Source: an uncultured Chloroflexia bacterium (lineage in GTDB: Bacteria; Chloroflexota; Limnocylindria; Limnocylindrales; CSP1-4). From it: a stretch of DNA of 64,000 nt. The notes under the pieces were generated by a model, which saw only the letters and a program-made list of their open reading frames with translations, had not been told where the DNA came from and ran no database searches. Both the position numbers and the translations under genes were made by a program. The stretch lies in contig CAWEYL010000001.1 in assembly GCA_963813335.1 (NCBI GenBank), positions 960,001-1,024,000 on the forward strand, read 5' to 3'. Below, piece by piece: positions 1 to 9,669 of this stretch (its first letter is position 1; each line of letters begins with the position of its first letter).

Positions 1-1042
1 CAGCGCCGCCTGGCCGTAGCGGTTCACGTCGAAGAGCAGGGCCACGCTCTGGACGCGCAGGATGGCCGCCAGGGCGCCGATCGGGACCATCACGTAGATG
101 AGCAGGCGCAGCGCCCGGTCGAGCAGCGACGCGTACTCGGGCTCGCGGCCGACCGCCGCCTCGCGCGACAGCGACGGGAAGACGACGACCCCGAGCGGGA
201 CCCCGATCACCCCGATGCGGGATCTGGAGCAGCGTGAACGCGACGTTGAAGGCCGTCACGGCGCCGACGCCGAGGTTCGTCGCGAGCGAGGTGACCACCA
301 CGAACGTGATCTGGGTGGCGCCGAGGCCGATCGCCCGGGGCGCCATGAGGGTCAGCGCCTTGCGCGCCTGGGCGTCGCCGAGGTCGATCCGCGGCTCGAA
401 GCGGAAGCCGAGCCGGGCGACCGGGCGGACCTGGACGAGCAGATGCGACAACGAGCCGAGGACGACCCCGACGGCCACTCCCGCGACACCGTAGGTCGGG
501 GCCAGGATCAGCGCGGCCCCGATGATGGCGAGGTTGTAGACGATCGGCGCCAGCGCGGCGGCCGAGAACCGGCCCCCGGCGTTGAGGACGCTGGTCGCCA
601 CCGCGCCGAGCGCGAGGAACATCGGGCTCAGCAGCATGATCCGGGTCAGCTCGACGGTGAGTGCCTGGTTGGCCTCGCTGAAGCCTGGGGTGATCGCGGG
701 TACGAGCCAGGGTGCCGCCACGAAGACGATCCCGCCGAGCACGAACAGCCCGATGAGCATCAGGTTGATGACCGTCGATACGACCTTCCAGGCGCGCTCG
801 GTGGCCCCGTTGGCCATGAGGCCGGACACGATCGGGATCAGCGCCGAGGAGAGCGCTCCGGCGGCGACCAGCTGGAAGATCAGGTCGGGGATGCGGAACG
901 CGGCGAAGAAGGCGTCGAGGTCCGGGGTGACGCCGACTGCGTTGACGATCACGACCGTTCGGACCCAGCCGAGCAGCCGTGCCGCCAGGAACGCACCGGA
1001 CACGATCAGGCCCGCGCGGGCCAGCGCGCGGCCCGAGGTCAC
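1..1042 (-). CDS. murJ: Lipid II flippase MurJ (3' end runs off the window)
   Basis: Manual translation from GTG 1042 gives TSGRALARAGLIVSGAFLAARLLGWVR...DLDAFFAAFRIPDLIFQLVAAGALSSALIPI, a MurJ/MviN N-terminal signature. The start overlaps the xerC stop (GTGA). Confidence 0.9.
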   Translation of the reverse strand, partial: MTSGRALARAGLIVSGAFLAARLLGWVRTVVIVNAVGVTPDLDAFFAAFRIPDLIFQLVAAGALSSALIPIVSGLMANGATERAWKVVSTVINLMLIGLFVLGGIVFVAAPWLVPAITPGFSEANQALTVELTRIMLLSPMFLALGAVATSVLNAGGRFSAAALAPIVYNLAIIGAALILAPTYGVAGVAVGVVLGSLSHLLVQVRPVARLGFRFEPRIDLGDAQARKALTLMAPRAIGLGATQITFVVVTSLATNLGVGAVTAFNVAFTLLQIPHRGDRGPARGRRLPVAVARGGGRPRARVRVAARPGAAPAHLRDGPDRRPGGHPARPERGPALRREPLRPGGA

Positions 1043-2034
1043 GGTCGTGGGTCGCGACGCGCCCGGGGGTGCGCCTCCCGATAGGCCGTGCGCAGCCGCG
1101 TCGGCGAGACGTGGGTGTAGATCTGGGTCGTGGCGAGGCTCTCGTGGCCGAGCAGCTCCTGGACGACCCGCAGGTCCGCCCCGCCTTCGAGGAGGTGCGT
1201 GGCGAAGGAGTGGCGCAGCGTATGGGGGGAGACGCCGACCGGGAGGCCCGCCTGCCGGCACAGCCGGTCGAGCCGGTAGCGCAGCCCGCGGACGCCGAGC
1301 GGGGCGCCGTGGTGGTTCAGGAAGACCTGGGCGGGCGGCGGCGCATCCTGCCGGGCGGCGCCACGCTGCGCGAGCAGGACCGGCCGACCGTCGGCGAGGT
1401 ATGCCTCGAGCGCCTCCAGGGCCGGCCGTCCGAGCAGCCCGATGCGCTCCTTGCGACCCTTGCCGAGCACGCGGACCTCGCCCCGGCGCAGGTCCAGTGC
1501 GCCCAGGTCGGCGGCGGCCAGCTCGCTGATGCGCAGCCCCGCGGCATACGCCGTCTCCACGATCGCCCGGTCACGCCAGGCGAGGGCGCTCAGCAGCGCT
1601 CGTCGCGCCGGGTTCCCGGCAGCCGCGGCCGCGGCCTGCTGGGCCGAGACGGCCCCGAGGAGCGCGTCGATCTCCTCGATCTCGAGCACCCGCGGCAGGC
1701 GGCCCGGCAGCCGCGGCGTGGCGATGGCCCCCCACGGGTCGCCGGGTGCCAGCCCGTCGCGCGCGGCCCAGCGGTGGAACGAGCGGATCGCGGCCAGGCG
1801 CTGGGCCACGGACGAGCGCGCCCGCCCTGCCCCGAGGACCGCGAGATAGGCGCGCAGGTCGGCCCGCGACGGCGCCCGCCAGTCGGTGCCGCGCTCGGCC
1901 AGCCACTCGAGGTAGGCGCCGATCGCGGTCGCGTAGGAGCGACGGGTGTGGGGCGAGGCGTCGCGCGCCGCGAGGGTCCGAAGGAAGCGGTCGAGAGCCG
2001 GGCTGGTCGCAGGGTCGAGTGCGACCCCGCTCAC
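1039..2034 (-). CDS. xerC: Tyrosine recombinase XerC/XerD family
   Basis: C-terminal part of ORF 1039..4803: SPHTRRSY, RDRAIVETAYAAGLRISEL, GKGRKER, HTLRHSFATHLLEGGADLRVVQELLGHESLATTQIYTHV. GTG at 2034 overlaps the TGA at 2031-2033. Confidence 0.92.
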   Translation of the reverse strand: MSGVALDPATSPALDRFLRTLAARDASPHTRRSYATAIGAYLEWLAERGTDWRAPSRADLRAYLAVLGAGRARSSVAQRLAAIRSFHRWAARDGLAPGDPWGAIATPRLPGRLPRVLEIEEIDALLGAVSAQQAAAAAAGNPARRALLSALAWRDRAIVETAYAAGLRISELAAADLGALDLRRGEVRVLGKGRKERIGLLGRPALEALEAYLADGRPVLLAQRGAARQDAPPPAQVFLNHHGAPLGVRGLRYRLDRLCRQAGLPVGVSPHTLRHSFATHLLEGGADLRVVQELLGHESLATTQIYTHVSPTRLRTAYREAHPRARRDPRP

Positions 2035-4473
2035 GCGTCCGCGGCCGGTTCGGCGGGTCGCGTCCGTCGGGCCGTCGACCGCGTGCCCGAGCGGGCCGGA
2101 CCGCGGCCACGGCCCCCGCCCTTGGCCGACCCACCGGCCGCGGACGGTCGCCGACCACGAGCCGGGCGGGCGATCGCCTCGGGATTCGCCGGTCCGCCCG
2201 CGTAGCGCTGGCCCGGGACGATCGAGTCCGGCGTCGCCTCGATGGCCGACCCGCACAGGAGGCAGATGGCCGCCTCGCCCTTGCGTGCCGATCGGGCCGT
2301 CGTCGGTGTCGTGCAGGCCGCCGAGCGGCTCGTCGTTCGAGGTGTAGTCGCAGCGCGGGTAGTTGGAGCATCCCCAGAAGACGTTCCCGGTGCGCCGGGC
2401 GCGACGCGGGACGAGGTGGCCGTCCTTGTTCCTCGGGCAGACGACCTCGAACGGCAGCGGGTCCGGCGGCGGCGGCCCGTCCTTCTTGATGTACTTGCAG
2501 TCCGGGTAGCGCGAGCAGCCGAGGAACGGTCCGAACCGGCCGCGCTTGCCGACCAGCGTCCCCTCGCCACACTCGGGGCAGACCTCGCCCGTCCCCTCCT
2601 GGGGCGGCGGCTCCTCACCGGGCAGCGGCCGGCTCTCCTTGTGCTCCGGGAACATCGAGCAGGCCAGGAATCGGCCGTTCCGGCCCAGCCGGATCACCAT
2701 CGGATGGCCTTCGGAGCAGACCTCGTCGGTCTCCTCGGTCGTGAAGTCGCGGCGCTTGAGCTCGCGACGCTTCTCGTCGACCCGGTCCCGGAGCGGCCCG
2801 TAGAAGGCGCGCAGGAGGGGCACCCATGCCCGCTCGCCGCGGGCGACCTCGTCGAGCTCCTCCTCCATCCGGGCGGTGAACCGGACATCGACGTAGTCGC
2901 CGAAGTGCTCGACGAGGAGGTCGGTCACCACCTCGGCCACGGGCTCCGGGTGCAGCCGTCGCTCCTCGACCCGGACGTAGCCGCGATCGACGATCGTGGA
3001 GATCGTGGCCGCGTACGTCGACGGCCGGCCGATGCCGTGTTCCTCGAGGGCCTTGATCAGGGTCGCCTCGGTGAAGCGCGGCGGCGGCTCCGTGAAGTGC
3101 TGCGTCGGGCTGACGCCGTCGACATCGGTGCGGTCGCCGTCGGCCAGGGCCGGCAGGCGGGCCTCCTGGTCGTCGTCCTCGCCGTCGTCGTCCCGACCCT
3201 CGGTGTAGACGCGCGAGAAACCGTCGAACAGCGTCCGCGTCGCCGACGCGCGCAGCTCGTACGGGCCGTCGGCGAGCTCGACCGAGGTCGTCTCGAGGTC
3301 CTTGGCCGCCATCTGCGAGGCGATCGCGCGCTGCCAGATGAGGCGGTAGAGCCGGAGCTCGTCGGCCTTGAGATGGGCCGCCACCGAATCGGGGTCGCGC
3401 CGGAAGCTGGTCGGGCGGATCGACTCGTGCGCCTCCTGGGCGCCCTTCGTCTTCGTCTTGTAGACGCGGCCCTTGGGCATCGTGTACGGCTCGCCGTAGC
3501 GCTCCGCGATGACCTCGCGCGCCTCGCCCATCGCCACCCCGGCGATCGCGGTGGAGTCGGTCCGCATGTAGGTGATCAGGCCGACCTGGCCGTCACCCGT
3601 GTCGATCCCCTCGTACAGGCGCTGCGCGACCGACATCGTCCGCTTGGGGCTGAAGCCCAGCCGCCGGCTGGCCTCCTGCTGCAGGGTCGAGGTGGTGAAC
3701 GGCGGCGCGGGCGAGCGCTTCTGGGTCCGGACCCCGACCTTGGTCACGACCGGATGGGCCGCCTCGAGGGCGGTCACGTGGGCGGCGGCGGCCGCCTCGT
3801 CCGCGATCTCGAGCGCCTGGCCGTCGATCCGGACGAGCTCCGCGGCGAAGCGCTCCCCCGCGGCCGTCCGCAGGATGGCCTCGATCGTCCAGTACTCGCG
3901 GGCGCTGAAGGCGCTGATCTCGCGCTCCCGCTCGACCACGAGGCGAACGGCGACGGACTGGACCCGCCCGGCCGACAGGCCGCCGCGGACCTTGCGCGAG
4001 AGGAGCGGGCTGAGCGTGTACCCCACCAGCCGGTCGACGATCCGCCGTGCCTGCTGGGCGTCGACGAGGTTCTGGTCGATCTGGCGCGGGTTCGCGAACG
4101 CCTCGAGGATCGCCGACTCGGTGATCTCGCTGAACGTCACCCGATGGGTCTTCCCGGCCGGGACGTGGGCCGCCTCGGCGACATGCCAGGCGATGGCCTC
4201 ACCCTCGCGGTCGAGGTCGGTGGCGAGGTAGACGGCGTCCGCGCCGCGGGCGGACTTCTCGATATCGCTGACCTGCTTGCGCCGGTCGTCCGAGATGACG
4301 TACTCGGGCTCGAAGTCGTGGTCGACATCGACGCCGAACTTGCCCTTGCCGGGGTTCTCCGGCAGGTCGCGCACGTGGCCATAGGAGGCGAGGACCCGGT
4401 AGTCGGGACCCAGATAGCGTTCGATCGTCCTCGCCTTGGCGGGCGATTCGACGATCACGAGGTTCTTTGGCAC
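2031..4473 (-). CDS. topA: DNA topoisomerase I with C-terminal zinc ribbons; apparent +1 frameshift near 2289
   Basis: KNLVIVESPAKA, ATDLDREGEAIAWH, SAGRVQS, GLITYMRTDS, GIGRPSTYA and C4 zinc ribbons. The last ribbon (ARKGEAAICLLCG) and basic tail are in the frame of ORF 2031..2618. Confidence 0.93.
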
Positions 4474-4570
4474 GGCCGGGAGTGTAGCACCGGGTCCTGC
4501 ACGCGCCTGTGACGGCGAAGCCGCCGCACGTGCGCGCGCGCCATGCCGGACGCCGCGGCGGATCCGCGGG

Positions 4571-4918
4571 TCAGACCTCGCGGATGCGCCGCAGGAAGTC
4601 CTCGTCGATCTCGATGTCGGCGCCGTCGTCCGGCCCACCCAGCGCGGCGGGGACGACGATCTCGCCGTGGACCCCGGTGGCGACCGGCATCGGCCGATCG
4701 CCTGCCGCGAGCGACGCCGGCATGATCTCGAGGAAGCGGACGTTGAGATACGGGAAGAAGAAGACCGAGTGCATGTCATCGACGAAGACAGGCCGCTTGC
4801 CATTCATCTGCCGCATGTTGGTGCAGCGGATCGTGGCATCGCCCGGGGTCGGCATCTCGAACAGGTCCACGAGCAGCGGCTGCTCGCCGTTGATATGGAG
4901 CACGACGTTGTGGATCAC
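4571..4918 (-). CDS. Conserved-looking hypothetical protein (115 aa)
   Basis: Natural amino-acid composition and GC3-rich codons; fills the gap upstream of topA. Confidence 0.75.
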   Translation of the reverse strand: MIHNVVLHINGEQPLLVDLFEMPTPGDATIRCTNMRQMNGKRPVFVDDMHSVFFFPYLNVRFLEIMPASLAAGDRPMPVATGVHGEIVVPAALGGPDDGADIEIDEDFLRRIREV

Positions 4919-4969
4919 CGCCCCATCCTGCGGGGGCGACCCCGTCGTGTCAGCCGGACTTTGGTCCGG

Positions 4970-6643
4970 TCAGGGGTGGTAGAAGTCGATCACCAGGCGG
5001 ACCCGCCCGCCCGAGACCCAGACGCCGATCCCGACGCGGTCGTACTTCGAGTTCATCAGGTTGACGTAGTGGCCGCCGTTGGTCGACTTCTCGTTCTGGA
5101 AGAAGAGATGCGAGCCCAGGACGGCCGCCCGTGGGTTCCCGGAACGGCAGCCGAGGTTCTCGGCCCAGGTGTAGTTCGTGTAGCCGGCGGCCGACAGGCG
5201 GTTGCCCGGGTTGCCGCCGATGAAGTGGCTGCAGTCGCCGCCGACCGCCAGCTTCTTGGCATACGGCCGTGAGACCTTCGAGCTGATGCCGCTGTCGAGC
5301 TTGAGGGGCGCGACGCCCCGACCGCCGGGGCTGCTGCACGAGCCGCTCGAGGTCACCCAGCCGCCGGTCCGCGTGCAGTTCATCAGGCCGAGGTAATAGG
5401 TCTCGACCGAGGCCCACGAGCCGCCGCCGACCGCCCCGCCGCCACCGCCGCCACCGCCGCCCGTGCTGCCGCCGCTGGACCCGCCGCCGCTGGCCCGCTT
5501 CGCGGTCGGCTTGGCCACGGTCCTGAACGTCCCCGTCGCGGCCGCCCCGAGCGGGGCGCCGTCGCGGCTGTGCGCCGTCGCCGCGACGGCCATGACGACC
5601 TTGCTCCCGTACGGCAGGGCCTTGCTCGGCTCGAAGACCAGGACGGTGTCGTCCTCAGCGAACGCGACCTTGCCGGCGACGGGCGCGCTGCCCGCCCGGA
5701 CGCTGAAGGCCGCCGTCGTGGATGCCTCGTCCATCGGTTGCGTGAAGCGGACGGAGAGGGTGGCGCTGCGAACGACGTCCTTGGTGTCGGCCCGTGGCCG
5801 GAACCGGACGACCGCCGGCGAGACGCCCGTCCTGACCGACAGCGTGGCGGCGGGGACCGCGACGCCGTCGGCGTCGAGGACGCCGTCGAGGGTCAGGCGG
5901 TACCTCGTGTTCGGGATCAGCGGCTGGGCCGGGGTGAACGTCCAGGACGCGCCGGCGGTCGATGCGGCGGCGCTGGCGGCCCCGGTCGTGGCGGTCGAGC
6001 CCGTCGGCGCCAGCGTGCCCGGTGTCGCCGGGACGATCGAGAAGGCCGACGCGACCGTGGCGGGATCCACCGCGCGGTCGAAGGTGATGGTGAACGCGCT
6101 CCCGATGCCGATCCGCTTGCCGGCCGGCAGGGTCGCCGCGATCGCGGCCGCCGCGGCGTCGCGGGTCAGGAAGGCGGCCCGCGCCGGGCTGGCCATCGGC
6201 GCGCCGCTGGCGGCGAGGGCACCGGCGTCGACGGTCACGGTGTGATACGTGCCGGCCGCCCAGTGGCTCTTCGGCGAGACGGTCAGGACCGTCCCGGCGG
6301 GGTCCCAGGCGAGCGTGACGGGCGTCGCCGGGGTGACCGAGAGGGCGGAGCTGACCGAGGCCTCGTCCATCGGCACGCTGAACTCGATCGTGACCGGCTC
6401 GGCGAGATCGCGGCCAGTGGCGAGGACCGTCCGGAACGCCGCGGCCGGGAGCGGGACGTCGGCGAGCGGGGCCGTGGCGGCCGCCGGGATCGGACGGCCG
6501 ACGACGATGACGCCGAGCGCCACCACCATGCCGAGACCCACCGTGGACCCGATCCGGACCAGGGGCGAGCGACGCAGGGCGGTGCTCACATAGAGGACCG
6601 ACAGGATCGGGACGGCCAGCAGCGCGATGGCCAGCTTGCGCAA
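4970..6643 (-). CDS. Membrane-anchored protein with three Ig-like (Big_5-type) repeats and a C-terminal CAP/SCP domain
   Basis: N-terminal hydrophobic helices; repeated IEFSVPMD / ITFDRAVD / VRFTQPMD Ig-like motifs; Gly linker; CSHF..GNRL..AGY..WAENLG..GHYVNLMNSKYDRVGIG CAP motif. Start approximate (TTG 6643). Confidence 0.8.
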   Translation of the reverse strand: MRKLAIALLAVPILSVLYVSTALRRSPLVRIGSTVGLGMVVALGVIVVGRPIPAAATAPLADVPLPAAAFRTVLATGRDLAEPVTIEFSVPMDEASVSSALSVTPATPVTLAWDPAGTVLTVSPKSHWAAGTYHTVTVDAGALAASGAPMASPARAAFLTRDAAAAAIAATLPAGKRIGIGSAFTITFDRAVDPATVASAFSIVPATPGTLAPTGSTATTGAASAAASTAGASWTFTPAQPLIPNTRYRLTLDGVLDADGVAVPAATLSVRTGVSPAVVRFRPRADTKDVVRSATLSVRFTQPMDEASTTAAFSVRAGSAPVAGKVAFAEDDTVLVFEPSKALPYGSKVVMAVAATAHSRDGAPLGAAATGTFRTVAKPTAKRASGGGSSGGSTGGGGGGGGGAVGGGSWASVETYYLGLMNCTRTGGWVTSSGSCSSPGGRGVAPLKLDSGISSKVSRPYAKKLAVGGDCSHFIGGNPGNRLSAAGYTNYTWAENLGCRSGNPRAAVLGSHLFFQNEKSTNGGHYVNLMNSKYDRVGIGVWVSGGRVRLVIDFYHP

Positions 6644-6769
6644 TAGACGACGCTCCAGGCTGGGGCGTGGGGCGATGCACCGTGGGGGCGCGTTGCCGGT
6701 CGGATTGGGGTCACGACCGAGGGGAGCGTAGCACCGGTCGTGCGAGACCGGCAACCGTCGGGCGGCTCG

Positions 6770-8008
6770 TCAGCGGTGTCGGCGGTGACGCGGCTGGGCC
6801 AGCGCGAGCGTGCCGACCGGTCGGAACCGCCCCACGACGCCCACCGCCAGACCGTTGCGCTCGAGCACCGTGAGGGTCGCGAGGACCGTCGCGACGGGCC
6901 AGCCGGTCACCGCCACCAGCTCATCGACGGTGGCCCGCCCGGCCACCAGCTCCGCCCCGATCCGGGCCGCCGTCTCGCCCAGGTCGAGCAGTGTCGCCCC
7001 GGCGAGCCGGGTGGCGCCGGCGCCGTTCGGTCGCGTCGCGAGGCCGAGGTCCTCGATGAGCTGCGGGACGCCGGCGACGATCCGTGCGCCACCCGGGAAT
7101 TCGCGCAGGAACGCGAGGCAGCCGGCGTGCGCGGGATCGTCGATCGGACCAGGGGCGAGGAAGCAGTCGCGGCCCTGCTCCAGCGCCCACGACGCGGTGA
7201 TGAGGGCGCCACTGCGAGCCGGGGCCTCGATCACGACCGTCGCGTCCGCGAGGCCGCTGATGATCCGGTTCCGGCGCGGGAACGTCCCGGTCGTCGGCGC
7301 GAGGTCGGGCGCCAGTTCCGAGACGACCGCACCGCCCCCGGCGGTGATCGCCTCGGCGAGCCGGGCGTGGGCCCGCGGGTACAGGCGCCCGTGGCCGCCG
7401 CCGATGACCGCCACCGTGCGACCGCCCGCATCGAGCGTCGCGGCATGCGCGGCGCCGTCGATCCCGATGGCCAGCCCTGAGACCACGCTCGCTCCGGCGG
7501 CCGTAAGGGCCGCGGCGACGCGCGATGCCAGCGCACGACCCGCGTTCGAGGCCCGGCGCGTCCCGACGACGGCGACCGCGTACTCCGGTTCGAGGGCCAT
7601 CGGGTCGCCATCGACGAACAGCAGGTGCGGCGGCAGGTCGATCGCGGCGAGACGCGACGGATAGGCCGGGTCATCGACCGTGACCACCCGCAAGCCCAGC
7701 GCCCGGATCCGCCCCAGCGTGCGGTCGGCATCCTGGGCCGCCCGGACGATCTCCTCGGCGACGTCCGGGGTCAGGGCCCGCCGGCCCGGTGCGCCGTCGG
7801 GGGCCTCCTCCTCCGACGCGGCGACCAGCCTGGCTGTGCCGCCGTCCGAGCCGGCGATCCGCAGGATGTCGCGGCCCGACCCGAGCCGCCGCAGCAGGTT
7901 CGCGAACCCGACCGGCCCCAGGCCGTGCGCGGAGGCCAGGACCGCCCACGCATCGCGTTCGGCGGCATGATCGGGAGCTTCGGGAGGCTCGGCCCCGACC
8001 CCCAGCAC
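6770..8008 (-). CDS. dprA: DNA-processing protein DprA
   Basis: YPSRLAAIDLPP, VAVVGTRRAS, VSGLAIGIDGAAH, FPRRNRIISGL, VIEAPARSGALITA. Start approximate. Confidence 0.93.
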   Translation of the reverse strand: MLGVGAEPPEAPDHAAERDAWAVLASAHGLGPVGFANLLRRLGSGRDILRIAGSDGGTARLVAASEEEAPDGAPGRRALTPDVAEEIVRAAQDADRTLGRIRALGLRVVTVDDPAYPSRLAAIDLPPHLLFVDGDPMALEPEYAVAVVGTRRASNAGRALASRVAAALTAAGASVVSGLAIGIDGAAHAATLDAGGRTVAVIGGGHGRLYPRAHARLAEAITAGGGAVVSELAPDLAPTTGTFPRRNRIISGLADATVVIEAPARSGALITASWALEQGRDCFLAPGPIDDPAHAGCLAFLREFPGGARIVAGVPQLIEDLGLATRPNGAGATRLAGATLLDLGETAARIGAELVAGRATVDELVAVTGWPVATVLATLTVLERNGLAVGVVGRFRPVGTLALAQPRHRRHR

Positions 8009-8009
8009 G

Positions 8010-9590
8010 TCAGCGAGCCAGTGCCGCGGCGCGACGGGCGTCGGGCGCCCGGAACCAGGCGGCCTCGTCGAGATGTGGCTCGGCGACCACGGCATCGCCG
8101 GCGAGGTCGGCGATGGTCCGGGCGACGCGCAGCAGCCGTTCCGTCCCGCGTGCGCTCGCCTCTTCGAGCTCCGCCAGTCGCACGACGTGCCGTTCGGCCG
8201 CCGCGTCCAGGGCACAGGCCGCTCGGAGCGCCCGGCCCGTGAGGCGCCCGTTGAGCCGGACCCCGTCCGCTGGCGACAGGCGCGCGGCCGCGACGTCCCG
8301 GGCCGCGGCGATCCGCGCCGCGACCGTCGCCGAGCCCTCCGAGCCTGCCTCGCCGACGACCGCGCCGGGCGCGACGCGCGGCATCTCGACCCACAGGTCG
8401 ATCCGGTCGCGCAGCGGCCCCGACACCTTCCGCTGGTAGCGCTCGACGACCCCCTCCGGGCATGGACACCCGCGGTCCGAACCGAAGAAGCCGCACGGGC
8501 ACGGGTTCATCGCGGCGATGAGCTGGAACCGTGCAGGGAACGTCGTCGCGCGACCCGCCCGGGCGATCGCGACGCGGCCCTCCTCCAGCGGCTGCCGGAG
8601 CGACTCGAGGACGTCGCGGTCGAACTCGGGCAGCTCGTCGAGGAAGAGCACGCCGTGGTCCGCCCGCGTGATCTCGCCGGGCGACAGACGCGGCCCGCCG
8701 CCGACCATCGCCGCGTAGGACGTGGTGTGATGCGGGCTGCGGAACGGCGGCCGGCGGACCAGGCCGGTCATCGGCCCCTCGCCGGCGGCCGAGGCCACGA
8801 TGGTGACCGACAGCGCGGCCTCGTCGGCGAGAGGCGGCAGCAGGCTCGGTACGGTGCTCGCCAGGAGGGTCTTGCCGGAACCCGGCGGGCCGATGAGCAG
8901 CAGGCCGTGTCCGCCGGCGAGCGCGATCTCCAGGGCCCGCCTGCCCCCGGGCTGGCCGCGGACGTCGGCGAGGTCCGGAAGCCGCCTGGCGGCCGGTGGC
9001 GTGGCCGCGGCCGGGCCCGCGAACGGGCGCCCATCGCCCTCGAGCCCCACCCGCGGTGCGCTCGCCGGCACGGACCGCGACCGCGGCGAACGCACCAGCT
9101 CGACCACGTCGCTGAGCGTGTCGACCGGCAGGACCTCGACGCCGTCGACCAGCCCGGCCTCGACGGCCGCCGCGCGGGCGACCGCCACCTTGCGCACGCC
9201 GCGCCGGGCCATGGCCGCCACCATCGGCAGGATCCCTGGCACGGGCTGGACCTCGCCGCCGAGCGACAGCTCGCCCAGCAGCCCGATCCGGCCCCGGCCT
9301 GGCCGCACCTGCTCCGAGCCGAGCAGGATGCCGATGGCCATGGCGACATCGAGCGAGGCCCCCGCCTTGCGGAGGTCCGCCGGGGCCAGGTTGACCGTGA
9401 TCCGCCGCGGCGGGTAGCCGAACCCGGCGTTGCGGAGGGCTCCGCGGATGCGCTCGCGGGCCTCCTGCAGGGCGGCGTCGGCGAGGCCGACGATGGTGAA
9501 GCCGGGCAGGCCCGTGGCGACGTCGACCTCGACCCGGATGTATCGGCCGTCGATGCCGAGCAGGGTGGCGGACGGGACGGTCGCAAGCAC
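8010..9590 (-). CDS. comM: YifB/ComM Mg-chelatase-like AAA+ ATPase
   Basis: GLPGFTIVGLAD, RITVNLAPADLRK, GPPGSGKT, PFRSPHHT, GVLFLDELPEF, AAMNPCPCG. Confidence 0.93.
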   Translation of the reverse strand: MLATVPSATLLGIDGRYIRVEVDVATGLPGFTIVGLADAALQEARERIRGALRNAGFGYPPRRITVNLAPADLRKAGASLDVAMAIGILLGSEQVRPGRGRIGLLGELSLGGEVQPVPGILPMVAAMARRGVRKVAVARAAAVEAGLVDGVEVLPVDTLSDVVELVRSPRSRSVPASAPRVGLEGDGRPFAGPAAATPPAARRLPDLADVRGQPGGRRALEIALAGGHGLLLIGPPGSGKTLLASTVPSLLPPLADEAALSVTIVASAAGEGPMTGLVRRPPFRSPHHTTSYAAMVGGGPRLSPGEITRADHGVLFLDELPEFDRDVLESLRQPLEEGRVAIARAGRATTFPARFQLIAAMNPCPCGFFGSDRGCPCPEGVVERYQRKVSGPLRDRIDLWVEMPRVAPGAVVGEAGSEGSATVAARIAAARDVAAARLSPADGVRLNGRLTGRALRAACALDAAAERHVVRLAELEEASARGTERLLRVARTIADLAGDAVVAEPHLDEAAWFRAPDARRAAALAR

Positions 9591-9610
9591 GCCGCCACCC
9601 TACGGAGCGG

Positions 9611-9651
9611 CGCTCACCGCCCGCTCACCCGGGTCTCACCCGCCGCTCATC
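9611..9651 (-). promoter_or_regulatory. Four 11-bp-phased direct repeats (GGTGAGCG-like on minus strand) upstream of the comM -10 box
   Basis: CTCACC at 9613, 9624 and 9635 and CTCATC at 9646 on the + strand. A TAGGGT -10 on the minus strand lies at 9597-9602, 6 nt before the comM GTG. Confidence 0.65.
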
Positions 9652-9669
9652 GGCGGCGCGGCAAGGGAT

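Noticed and set aside
1039-2034. Tyrosine recombinase as a mobile-element integrase
   Set aside because: It has XerC/D motifs and housekeeping topA context, with no att repeats or cargo genes.
98-4512. Long plus-strand ORFs (98..1084, 979..2205, 2242..4512) and many similar ones across the window
   Set aside because: Antisense or alternate-frame shadows of clear genes; R/G/P/A-rich, and expected where stop codons are rare at high GC.
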